Assembly: GCA_963790995.1 (NCBI GenBank)
Contig: CAWBQQ010000001.1
Span: 642,034-706,033 of the forward strand
Length of the DNA: 64,000 nucleotides
Reading direction: 5' to 3'
From: an uncultured Bacteroidota bacterium
Lineage (GTDB): Bacteria; Bacteroidota; Ignavibacteria; Kryptoniales; JAKASW01
The first letter of the stretch is position 1; the number at the start of each line of letters is the position of its first letter. Below, in pieces: positions 1-8,839 of this stretch. The notes under the pieces are model-generated. The model made no database searches and was not told the DNA's origin. It worked only from the letters and a program-made list of their open reading frames with translations. A program made the position numbers and the translations under genes.

Positions 1-575
1 GAAGAGAGCGCAAAATTGAATCGACATGCGAATCGAATTGCGCGAAGTATTCTCAACGGGTCGTCATTGAATGTATCGGCCGGTTCTAGCGGCGTGTCGA
101 TCATTTTCTTCGAAAGCGCACCGGTACCGTCGAAAGGGTCGATCAAGATTCCAGATTGTGGATTTGCCGCAGGCGATTTATTGAGGCTTATCGCCATGGC
201 GTTAATAGTAAAGTCCCGGCGAGATAGATCTTCTTCGAGAGTCGCTTCTTGCACAAGCGGCTTGCGTGAGCCCACTTCATAGCTTTCTTTCCGCGCGCCG
301 ACTATTTCCAGCTTTGCATCCGTGATTGTCATTTGTGCCGTTCGAAATTTCTCAAACACAACCAGTGCAGTTCCATTGAGGTTCCGCTCAACTTCCCTTG
401 CAAATGAAATCGGGTCGCCTATCACCATAACGTCTATGTCTTTGTTCCTAATTCCTAAAATTAAATCCCGGACGTACCCGCCGACGACAAAGGCTTGTAT
501 CCCTAATTTGCCGGCAAGCTCTCCAATTCCAATGAGAATGGGATCGTCTATTCTAAAAATCTTCTTTTGTGTCAT
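1..575 (-). CDS. CCA-adding tRNA nucleotidyltransferase / poly(A) polymerase family protein, N-terminal part (3' end lies beyond window start)
   Basis: Not in the ORF track because there is no stop inside the window. My translation of the minus strand from ATG at 575-573 reads MTQKKIFRIDDPILIGIGELAGKLGIQAFVVGGYVRDLILGIRNKDIDVMVIG..., showing the GGxVRD and DxD motifs of the PcnB/CCA nucleotidyltransferase family. Confidence 0.75.
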   Translation of the reverse strand, partial: MTQKKIFRIDDPILIGIGELAGKLGIQAFVVGGYVRDLILGIRNKDIDVMVIGDPISFAREVERNLNGTALVVFEKFRTAQMTITDAKLEIVGARKESYEVGSRKPLVQEATLEEDLSRRDFTINAMAISLNKSPAANPQSGILIDPFDGTGALSKKMIDTPLEPADTFNDDPLRILRAIRFACRFNFALS

Positions 576-741
576 TTCATGAAATATTCTTCAATACGGA
601 GCCGACTGGGCACAATCCGTTTTTATGCACATTGCTCGTTCTGCGACTTGCTGTTGAGCGTTTCGGGACGTACCGCATACAGAATCCCCCTGTCGGGGCT
701 CTGCGGTTCGTCTTTCTGCCGGCGGTCATGCCACATTGGAA

Positions 742-1752
742 TCACAGATGCAGAATTTCCTTCGATTCGTCTATTTGCCTGATAATCGCATCGGCGACTT
801 TCAAAACTTCCAATCCTTCTTCCGAACTTACTGCGGTAGGTGTGTCATCGATTATGCTTTTGACAAAAAGTTCAAGCTCCAGCTTCAGCGAATTAACTTG
901 CGGCGTCTCCGGCTGCTCGTAAATTATTCCCCGGGCTGATTCACCGACCCCGATTGTACCGATATTTATTCCGACCGGTGCGGATTGACCGGGTTTTATC
1001 GCGCGATAAACCTCGGCTGTGCCATCGGCGAAGTCTAATGAAATATAAGCATCTCGCTGGAACAGCCGCATCTTCCTCATTTGCCTCTGCGAAATTCTGC
1101 TTGATGTCAGATTTGCCACTGTACCACTTTTGAATTTGATTCGCGCGTTTGCTATATCGACCGTATCCGAGATAACCCCGACGCCGCTGGCGTCAATGCT
1201 GGTGACGGGGCTTTTTACAAAATGCAAGATCAAATCGATATCGTGTACCATCAAATCTAGGACGACGGCGACATCTATGCCGCGCGGCTTGAATTGAGCT
1301 AGCCGGTGAGACTCGACAAACATCGGTTCTAATTTCATCTGCGAGAGAGCCAGCACAGCCGGGTTGAATCTCTCGATATGTCCAACCTGGACTTTTAGTT
1401 TTTTCTCCCTCGCTAATTTGCAAATATTTTCCGCTTCACCGACAGTTGAAGTAACAGGCTTTTCTATGAAGCAATGTTTGCCGGAATTCATGCACTTGAT
1501 CGCTATCTCGTGATGGAAGCTTGTCGGAGCAACAATCGAAACCGCATCGACCTCACGCATCATCTCTTCCGGCGAAATGAATGACTTTACGTTCAATTCC
1601 ATCGAAATGTTTTGCGATCTCAAGTTATCAATATCGTAAACGCCAACGAAGTTTGCATCAGCCACTTGTTTGAGCAACCGGGCATGATTTTGACCAAGAT
1701 GACCGACCCCGATAACTCCAATATTCACTTTTTCACTCATTATTTTTCTCAC
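742..1752 (-). CDS. Gfo/Idh/MocA family NAD(P)-dependent oxidoreductase (sugar dehydrogenase-like)
   Basis: 336-aa ORF. N-terminal Rossmann motif VNIGVIGVGHLGQNHARLL. Sits in a sugar-modification cluster with WecB. Confidence 0.8.
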   Translation of the reverse strand: MRKIMSEKVNIGVIGVGHLGQNHARLLKQVADANFVGVYDIDNLRSQNISMELNVKSFISPEEMMREVDAVSIVAPTSFHHEIAIKCMNSGKHCFIEKPVTSTVGEAENICKLAREKKLKVQVGHIERFNPAVLALSQMKLEPMFVESHRLAQFKPRGIDVAVVLDLMVHDIDLILHFVKSPVTSIDASGVGVISDTVDIANARIKFKSGTVANLTSSRISQRQMRKMRLFQRDAYISLDFADGTAEVYRAIKPGQSAPVGINIGTIGVGESARGIIYEQPETPQVNSLKLELELFVKSIIDDTPTAVSSEEGLEVLKVADAIIRQIDESKEILHL

Positions 1753-3142
1753 ATTCTAATACTTGAACAAGATGCACTTCCCCGTCCTCCGAGTAATTGA
1801 CTTTCAACAACGTCTTGCATCCTTCAAACGACGTATCAACCATGGACGGTAATTGCGCAACATAAATCATCTTTCCGTCCGAAACGCCCATGTTTTCTCC
1901 CGGAAGGATCAAGCCGGATATTGGCGGAATATTCTCGTGAACGTCGAGCACTTTTTTGCCCAGCTTGACGGACAATTCGGCGGCAGAAAAATTACTTGCT
2001 ATTTGGAAATCTCCGCCGGCTGCCGCAATGGCCTCTGCAACTTTGTTGACGGCTTCCGTCCTTTCAGCGCCATCAGGGATAATGATATCCCTTACAAATT
2101 TATTATTCCCGTATGATTCGCTGAACAGGACAATCGCAGCAAAGACGAAGACAATCGTTACGGAAGGGACCAGCTTTAGATTCCACCGCGCTGAAGGCGT
2201 CTCAGGCTCAGGCATAATAGATGCGAAGCCTTGAAGGAAAAACATCGAAAGAATGGATGACGCCACCATGGCCGTTAGGAAATTCGTAGTCGATGGGAGT
2301 GCTGCACACAGCGTGCAACACGTAACCCACAACATCAAGGCAGGGAAATGTGTTTTGTAAAAATCATAACGCTTCCTCGCGATCAGGTAGACAACGCCCG
2401 CAACATTCAAAACATTGACGGCACATAACGGCGAAAAACCTATAAACTTCCACGTAAGATCGCTTGCAGCAATCGGCACGGAGTAAACCCTGACTGATGC
2501 CGAATATGTGGAGAAGATGAAAAGAATCAATCCGACTCCAAGAAAACCCGCGCTCGAAAAAATGACGTGCCGAACAACCGTTTTCCTCTCTGCCAGATTT
2601 TGGAGCAAATCGAGAATTGTAATTAAGAACATAACTAATCCGGGCAAGTTTGCTGCCATGGCGATTGCAGACAAAATTCCCGCGAGCACATATTCATTTC
2701 TGTAGAGTGCCGCGAGAAAGAGAACGGTTATCACGGCAGCAACCGCTGCCGGTCCACCGGAAGCAGCGGCAACCACGGAAAACGGAGATAGTGCCACTAA
2801 GAAAACGCACAAAAAACCCCAGAAACGCTGACCGGTCATATAGTCAAGAACATTAGGAATTAAAATCAAGCTTAAGACAACAAAGACCAGTCCGAATACT
2901 TTTACAAGAGCAATCGAATGCGGCACGACCAGCTTGTTTATCAAGCCGAAGAAATCCCAGACGACTGAATGAATATCCGAGATATTCCCGAACGTCTCCG
3001 TATGTACCACATCCTGTTGAGCCACGTAACCATAAACAGAAGATAATTCCACACCATAAAAACGCCAATATGTGAGGAGAGCAATCACAATCGACGCTCC
3101 GATAAGATAGCGGGCATATCTATCGAACTGCGAGAAATTCAT
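1733..3142 (-). CDS. polytopic membrane protein, possibly a GT-C-type glycosyltransferase
   Basis: 469-aa ORF with about 10 hydrophobic segments followed by a roughly 120-aa soluble C-terminal domain. The neighbouring wecB/HAD/oxidoreductase genes suggest an envelope-glycan role. No catalytic motif recognised. Confidence 0.4.
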   Translation of the reverse strand: MNFSQFDRYARYLIGASIVIALLTYWRFYGVELSSVYGYVAQQDVVHTETFGNISDIHSVVWDFFGLINKLVVPHSIALVKVFGLVFVVLSLILIPNVLDYMTGQRFWGFLCVFLVALSPFSVVAAASGGPAAVAAVITVLFLAALYRNEYVLAGILSAIAMAANLPGLVMFLITILDLLQNLAERKTVVRHVIFSSAGFLGVGLILFIFSTYSASVRVYSVPIAASDLTWKFIGFSPLCAVNVLNVAGVVYLIARKRYDFYKTHFPALMLWVTCCTLCAALPSTTNFLTAMVASSILSMFFLQGFASIMPEPETPSARWNLKLVPSVTIVFVFAAIVLFSESYGNNKFVRDIIIPDGAERTEAVNKVAEAIAAAGGDFQIASNFSAAELSVKLGKKVLDVHENIPPISGLILPGENMGVSDGKMIYVAQLPSMVDTSFEGCKTLLKVNYSEDGEVHLVQVLECEKNNE

Positions 3143-3813
3143 AACCGATATGATCGAATATGATCGGGCAAAAGCAACCCGCGGAGTTCACCCACCGAGT
3201 TGGCTACCGTACAATCAAGTCCGTCAAAATGATTTTTCAAAAGTCCATCATACACCACAGCGATAAAATGGGCCCCTGACGAGGCCGCAGCTTTGTAATC
3301 CGCAAGCGAGTCGCCTATCAAAACTGCTTCGTTCGGTTCGACGTTGAACCTGCGCAACGCAAGCTCGATCCCTTCCGGATGCGGCTTATGATTCGTCACG
3401 TTGGAGCCTGTAACAACAACGTCGAACAAGTCTTTCAACCCGTGATGTTTAAGCGTCATATCGGTCGTATCGGCCCCTTTACCGGTGAAGATGCCAAGAC
3501 TACTGCCGGATTCTTTCAATCCGTTCAAAAGCTCCGGAACGCCGGAGAAAACGACACTTTCGTCGATGTGAATTTCATAATAATAAAGATAATCATGCCA
3601 TGCGGGAAAAAAGTTAGCTTCACCGATCATATTCCGTATGCATACTTCTTCAGGTGGACCGAAATAGGACATAATCTCCTGCGGGGTCAGCTCAATCGAT
3701 TTGTATTTTCGTAACACAAAATTAAAACTGTCAAAAATCAGCTGATGCGTGTCGGCAAGCGTACCATCAATGTCAAAGATCACCATTGAAAACTTATTTC
3801 CCACTTTTTTCAA
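3139..3813 (-). CDS. HAD-superfamily hydrolase (phosphoglycolate phosphatase-like)
   Basis: 224-aa ORF with HAD motif I FDIDGTLADT and a C-terminal GDSLADYKAA motif. Confidence 0.8.
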   Translation of the reverse strand: MKKVGNKFSMVIFDIDGTLADTHQLIFDSFNFVLRKYKSIELTPQEIMSYFGPPEEVCIRNMIGEANFFPAWHDYLYYYEIHIDESVVFSGVPELLNGLKESGSSLGIFTGKGADTTDMTLKHHGLKDLFDVVVTGSNVTNHKPHPEGIELALRRFNVEPNEAVLIGDSLADYKAAASSGAHFIAVVYDGLLKNHFDGLDCTVANSVGELRGLLLPDHIRSYRL

Positions 3814-4942
3814 TCAATCCTTTTTCAAAATAATCTTCAAATATTTTTACTATCCTCTTCGACGCATTGCCGTCTCCATAAGGGTTGTGAGCACGACTCA
3901 TCTTAAGATACTCACTCGAGTCTGTAAGCAAAGTGGAAACACCGTTAACAATTTTATCCTTCTCTGTCCCGACGAGCTTCACTGTCCCTGCGTCAACCGC
4001 CTCCGGCCGCTCAGTAGTTTCACGCATGACAAGTACCGGTTTTCCTAAAGAAGGCGCTTCTTCCTGCACTCCGCCGGAATCAGTCAGAACCAAATACGAT
4101 TTCTCCATCGCGTAGATGAACGGCTCATAGTCCAACGGCTCGATGAGATGGACATTTTTAATGCCGCGCAAAATTTTGTTCACAGGTTCGCGGACATTCG
4201 GATTGTAATGAACAGGGTAGACGAAGTTTACGTCCGGGAAATCTCCTGCAAGCTCATCTATCGACTCGCAAATATTTTTAAAGCCTTCCCCGAAATTTTC
4301 TCTCCTGTGTCCGGTGATAAGCACAGTCTTCCTTGAAAAGTCAATTGCGTCGAACAAAGGATCAAATTTCGAATCGGAGTGTTTCAGCATTTCAACGACA
4401 TGGAACAGCGCATCTATCACCGTATTTCCGGTTACGAAAATATGTCCCGCTGATATATTTTCCCTCAGCAAGTTGTCCCTAGCCCATGGCGTCGGGGCAA
4501 GATGGATATCGGCTATTGAACTTGTTATTCTCCTGTTGATTTCCTCAGGGAACGGTGCAAACTTGCTGCCAGTTCTCAATCCGGCTTCGAGATGGGCGAC
4601 GTTCGTCTTCGTGTAAAACGCCGCCAGCGCTCCCGTAAAAGTTGTCGTCGTATCGCCCTGGACAACGACCAGTTCCGGCTTTATATCGGCAAGAACCTGC
4701 TGAAGCTTGGATATTATCCTGGAAGTAATGTCGAACAAACTCTGATTGTCCGTCATGATGTCGAGATCGTAATCCGGCTCTATTTCAAATAACTTCAACA
4801 CCTGATCCAGCATCTGCCGGTGCTGGGCCGTGACGCATATTTTCGATTCGAAGTTTCTGTTTTTGCCTAATTCCAATATCAGAGGCGCCATTTTGATAGC
4901 TTCGGGGCGTGTGCCGAATATGAACAAGATTCTCTTTGACAT
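3794..4942 (-). CDS. wecB: UDP-N-acetylglucosamine 2-epimerase (non-hydrolysing)
   Basis: 382-aa ORF. N-terminus KRILFIFGTRPEAIKMAPLI and overall length are typical of WecB/MnaA. Confidence 0.9.
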   Translation of the reverse strand: MSKRILFIFGTRPEAIKMAPLILELGKNRNFESKICVTAQHRQMLDQVLKLFEIEPDYDLDIMTDNQSLFDITSRIISKLQQVLADIKPELVVVQGDTTTTFTGALAAFYTKTNVAHLEAGLRTGSKFAPFPEEINRRITSSIADIHLAPTPWARDNLLRENISAGHIFVTGNTVIDALFHVVEMLKHSDSKFDPLFDAIDFSRKTVLITGHRRENFGEGFKNICESIDELAGDFPDVNFVYPVHYNPNVREPVNKILRGIKNVHLIEPLDYEPFIYAMEKSYLVLTDSGGVQEEAPSLGKPVLVMRETTERPEAVDAGTVKLVGTEKDKIVNGVSTLLTDSSEYLKMSRAHNPYGDGNASKRIVKIFEDYFEKGLIEKSGK

Positions 4943-5191
4943 TATTCCTTCAATTTGAATTGTACCATCCTGAGTGTAATAAAGAATTAGGCTGCGTATA
5001 ATTTAGCGCTTTTGACCGTGACGACCAATGACAGGTTCCGAGACAGTGCGAACTCGTCGGACCGGGTGCTGAATTGTCAGAAAAGTGTGCGGTGGCTATG
5101 ACCTGTCGATAGTCCTTATGAAAGCAAGATTTCGCCAGGATATAGAAATTTTAGCCTGATGAGAAGAATTTCTTAGCCCTATACTATATCT

Positions 5192-5699
5192 CTAAGGCTT
5201 TATTAAGACGAGTGCATCAGTCAGTTTTTTAAAAGTGTCGTGGAGATCCTCGGAAATAACTTTTGTATCGCCGAGAACCGTCATGAAGTTCGTATCGCCG
5301 CTCCATCGTGGTACGACGTGGAAATGGACATGTTCGGCGATCCCTGCCCCGCTCACCTTTCCAAGATTCGCGCCGAAGTTGAATCCATCCGGATGAGAAC
5401 GTCATTCGCAGCAGCTTGATGGCCACCTTGACACGGCCCATGACATCCGTGCTTTCTTCAATACTTAAATCTTCGAAACTCCCCTTGTGAGCGAACGGCA
5501 CGATCATTAAATGACCGCTGTTGTACGGATAGATATTCATTATAATGGCGGAAAGGTTTCCACGGAAAACGACAAGGTTTTTCTCGTCGTTATTTTCGGA
5601 AAATTTGTCACAAAAGATGCATTTCTTCTGCAGCCCAGCGTCCTTTTCTGAAATTGATTCGATATATTTAGACCGCCACGGCGACCACAACCTATCCAT
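5192..5699 (-). pseudogene. HIT-family (histidine triad) hydrolase, interrupted by a +1 frameshift (or assembly indel)
   Basis: The ORF-track 193-aa ORF carries the HIT N-terminal half (MDRLWSPWRSKYIE...NSGHLMIVPF) and then degenerates. The +1 frame from about 5390-5401 reads PDGFNFGANLGKVSGAGIAEHVHFHVVPRWSGDTNFMTVLGDTKVISEDLHDTFKKL* with the HxHxH triad and a stop at 5192-5194. Start set at the internal Met (5699) because the longer ORF overlaps the EF-G gene. Span is 508 nt, which is 1 mod 3. Confidence 0.8.
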
Positions 5700-5736
5700 G
5701 ATTCCTGATTCTAAATTGACAAAATTGAGTTGAAAT

Positions 5737-7845
5737 TTATTCCTGTTCCACTTTATCCTTTTGAGCTTCAGCAACAACCTTTTCGGCGATCTCCTTCGGA
5801 ACCTCTTCATAGTGCGAGAACTTCTGCCTGAAGACGCCTCGCCCCTGCGTCATGCTCCGTACCACGTTGGCATATTTATACAATTCTTTCAGAGGAACTT
5901 GCGCGCGGATTTTTTGATTGCTTCCCTCGGCTTCCATTCCGAGAATTTTTCCCCGTCTGCCGGAAATGTCACCCATGATGTCCCCCATATGCTCGTCGGG
6001 CACTAAAACTTCAAGCTCGTAAATCGGTTCCAGCAAGATCGGTTTTGCCTCTTTAAAACCTTTCCTGAATGCCATTGACCCCGCAATCTTGAAGGAGACT
6101 TCGTCTGAATCGACGGTGTGATATGTGCCGTCGAACAAAGTCACTTTGACATCGACCACTTTGTGTCCGGAAATTACACCTTGAGTCATTGTATCTATGA
6201 CGCCTTTCTCGACTGCCGGAATGAATCTTCCTGGAACAACACCGCCGACCACGGCGTCAACGAATTCAAATCCGCCGCCGCGCACCATGGGCTCAAGTTT
6301 CAAATGCACATGTCCGTATTGTCCGCGTCCACCCGATTGCTTTTTATGCTTATACTCGGAATCCGCGATAGAGCCTCTTATCGTTTCCCGGTAGGGTATA
6401 TCGGGCTCCACCATTTCGACATCCACGCCATATCGCTCTTTGAGGCGCTTGGTCACAACCTGCAAGTGTATCTCGCCTTGTCCGCTTAAGACCGTTTGAC
6501 TTAGTTCAGGATCAACTTCGACGAGAAATGTGGGGTCTTCTTCGTGAAGCGCATGCAATCCTGATGCAACTTTATCCTCATCATGCCGATTCTTCGAGAC
6601 GATCGCCACGCGCATGATCGGCTCGGGAAAATCTATTTTTTTCAGGGTGAGTGGAAAATTCTTACTGCTCAGCGTGTTGTTAGTATGTGTATCTTTAAGC
6701 TTTACCACGGCAGCGATATCGCCCGCATGAACTTTCGAAATCTCCTTCCGATCTTTTCCGTTCAACAAATATAAAGTTCCGAGTCGTTCGCTTTTGCCAT
6801 TCGCCTGATTCATAAGATCCATTCCGGGCATGACTATTCCCGAATAAACCCTGAAGAGCGAAAGCTCACCGATGTTTCGCTCAGAAATTGTTTTAAATGT
6901 GAACATTGCGGTTTCGCCGCCGGGATTGCACTCGACTTTCACCTCTTCATTTGAATTTCCGACTTTGTATCCGACACTTTTCGGGGCGACATCGGGAGAT
7001 GGAGCATACTCTGCGACAAAATCAAGAATTGAAGTTACGCCGATGAGCTGCTGGCCGGCGGCGGCAAATACGGGAAATATCTTTCTATCAACTATCGCTT
7101 TCTTCAAGCCGGACAATATTTGTTCATCCGTTAATCCGCCATTTTCCAGAAAGGTATTCAACAGATTCTCGTCCGTTTCCGAAAGCTGTTCGATTAATTC
7201 CTCTCGGTATTTTTCAGCCGATGCCTTTAACGCGGCGGGAATTCCATTTTCAACGAACATGCCTTTTGTGGCGCCGCCGGCGCTACGATCAAATTTCAAG
7301 AGTTTCATCTTCAAGACATCGACCACGCTGTCGGCGCTGATCCCTTCACTTGCCGGGAATTGCACGACAGCCGCATCATGGCTCAGTTTATCACGAATTT
7401 GCTGGAGAGTTCTGTCAAAGTTGGAATGTTCAGCGTCTATCTTATTGATAACGAAAATTACGGCGTTCTTGTATTCCTTCGCGAATCCCCAATCTATTTC
7501 CGTCCCGACCTCGATCCCTTCCACCGATTTTACGAAGACCAATGCCGTATCGGACACCCGCAGGGTAGCTTTCACCTCGCCCATAAAATCCGGGTAACCA
7601 GGCGGATCAATCAAATTGAATTTCAACTCGCGCCATTCAACATGGAGCAGCGAGGTGCTGATGGAGATTTTTCTTTCTATCTCATCATGGTTGTAATCGG
7701 AGACCGTATTCCCTTCTGCCACGGTACCCATTCGACTGGTGACACCTGATGCGTAAAGAGCAGCTTCAGCAAATGTGGTCTTGCCAGCTCCGCCGTGACC
7801 GATTAATGCAATGTTTCTGATATTGGATGGAAGATACTCCTTCAT
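5737..7845 (-). CDS. elongation factor G paralog (EF-G2-like translational GTPase)
   Basis: 702-aa ORF. G1 motif IALIGHGGAGKTT, G3 motif DPPGYPDF, NKID, and EF-G domains III-V. AAGGAG lies 8 nt upstream of the ATG. It is not in an rpsL-rpsG-fusA-tuf context. Confidence 0.85.
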   Translation of the reverse strand: MKEYLPSNIRNIALIGHGGAGKTTFAEAALYASGVTSRMGTVAEGNTVSDYNHDEIERKISISTSLLHVEWRELKFNLIDPPGYPDFMGEVKATLRVSDTALVFVKSVEGIEVGTEIDWGFAKEYKNAVIFVINKIDAEHSNFDRTLQQIRDKLSHDAAVVQFPASEGISADSVVDVLKMKLLKFDRSAGGATKGMFVENGIPAALKASAEKYREELIEQLSETDENLLNTFLENGGLTDEQILSGLKKAIVDRKIFPVFAAAGQQLIGVTSILDFVAEYAPSPDVAPKSVGYKVGNSNEEVKVECNPGGETAMFTFKTISERNIGELSLFRVYSGIVMPGMDLMNQANGKSERLGTLYLLNGKDRKEISKVHAGDIAAVVKLKDTHTNNTLSSKNFPLTLKKIDFPEPIMRVAIVSKNRHDEDKVASGLHALHEEDPTFLVEVDPELSQTVLSGQGEIHLQVVTKRLKERYGVDVEMVEPDIPYRETIRGSIADSEYKHKKQSGGRGQYGHVHLKLEPMVRGGGFEFVDAVVGGVVPGRFIPAVEKGVIDTMTQGVISGHKVVDVKVTLFDGTYHTVDSDEVSFKIAGSMAFRKGFKEAKPILLEPIYELEVLVPDEHMGDIMGDISGRRGKILGMEAEGSNQKIRAQVPLKELYKYANVVRSMTQGRGVFRQKFSHYEEVPKEIAEKVVAEAQKDKVEQE

Positions 7846-7920
7846 ATAATAATCTCCTTTTCACGAACAGGAAGTTCAGGAAACCGAACATCACGGGATG
7901 CGATTTTCGTTCGGCTCAAA

Positions 7921-8307
7921 TTAATTTTTAAGAACGCGCAGAAAAGCCTTTATCCCTTTTACGATTCCGGCAATAAATCCTGCGGCGTCCAATACTGGAT
8001 CTTCAATCTTTGATTTCACTTTTCGCTCCAGATCGACAATGCTTTCAACGACGCCAACGAGCGAATCCACAGCCCCCTTGACATTAACGACTTCGCCATC
8101 AATACTCTCCGTAATCTCTCTGATTTTACCGGTGATTACTCCCGTGTTCTCCAGAAGCGGACCGGACTTCTCCGAGATTTCTCTTACGGAACTCTCAAGC
8201 TGGTTGAGAACTTGCTTAGCATCTTTCATCAGGACGATTGAGTAGATGCTCGCTGCTGCGATTGCAAGCAGCGCTATTGATGCAATTACAAAAAAAAATG
8301 CCATCAC
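7921..8307 (-). CDS. DUF948-like membrane-anchored coiled-coil protein
   Basis: 128-aa ORF with an N-terminal TM segment (FFFVIASIALLAIAAASIYSIVL) followed by helical repeats. Paired with a YtxH-like gene, as is often seen. Confidence 0.55.
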   Translation of the reverse strand: MMAFFFVIASIALLAIAAASIYSIVLMKDAKQVLNQLESSVREISEKSGPLLENTGVITGKIREITESIDGEVVNVKGAVDSLVGVVESIVDLERKVKSKIEDPVLDAAGFIAGIVKGIKAFLRVLKN

Positions 8308-8316
8308 GACATCCCC

Positions 8317-8697
8317 CTAACTGTTTTTACTTCGCTCTTCCTTGAAGGCGTCGGCTCCAGCCTTAATTGCCGCCTTCAATTTTCCGCCTTCGCCTTTTGT
8401 TTGATCAATAACCTTTTCAGCGTTTGATAGAAGCGTACCGGCACGCTGTCTGGCTTCGCCGAATAACTCCCCCGAACGTTTCTTACCTTCGTTGATCAGA
8501 TCTTCCGCCATTGTCCGGGTTTGTAGCAGCTGATTTTGTGCGGACTCTTTCAGCTCGTCCGTTTTCCTCTTTATATCTTTTCGGAGTTCATTTCCAGATT
8601 TCGGCGCGAACAGAAGCGCGGTCACCGCCCCGATAACACTTCCGGCAAGAAAGCCCAGCAGCAGACCCTTTGTCAAACCATTCTCATTCTGTGCCAT
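8317..8697 (-). CDS. YtxH domain-containing protein
   Basis: 126-aa ORF. GLLLGFLAGSVIGAVTALLFAPKSGNELRKDIK matches the YtxH N-terminal signature. Confidence 0.65.
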   Translation of the reverse strand: MAQNENGLTKGLLLGFLAGSVIGAVTALLFAPKSGNELRKDIKRKTDELKESAQNQLLQTRTMAEDLINEGKKRSGELFGEARQRAGTLLSNAEKVIDQTKGEGGKLKAAIKAGADAFKEERSKNS

Positions 8698-8767
8698 GAT
8701 ACACCTCGTATTATTTTTGTTCGAGTTTCAAGTTATCAACGCCTTCGGTAAAAATCAAGAAGACAAC

Positions 8768-8802
8768 AAAAAAAGTCGCGCAATCCTTTAATCACGGCGA
8801 CT
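8768..8802 (-). terminator. Rho-independent terminator downstream of trpB2
   Basis: On the minus strand: AGTCGC (15-nt loop) GCGACT followed by T7. On the plus strand this is an A7 run at 8768-8774 with stem arms at 8774-8779 and 8797-8802. Lies about 40 nt after the trpB2 stop. Confidence 0.65.
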
Positions 8803-8839
8803 GCCTATCAACTGAAGGCAATAAGCCGCGAGCTAACCA

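Noticed and set aside
5030-5107. Guanidine-I (ykkC)-like riboswitch, because of GGUUCCGAGA.
   Set aside because: Only one short segment resembles the consensus GGUCCGAGAG. The ACGR/GGGA elements are absent, and the downstream genes (wecB etc.) are unrelated to guanidine handling.
5700-5810. N-terminal extension of the HIT ORF (MKRFRRRSPKRLLLKLKRIKW...).
   Set aside because: It overlaps the 3' end of the EF-G gene by 74 nt, whereas HIT homologs begin at the MDRLWSPWR-type sequence. The internal Met at 5699 was chosen.
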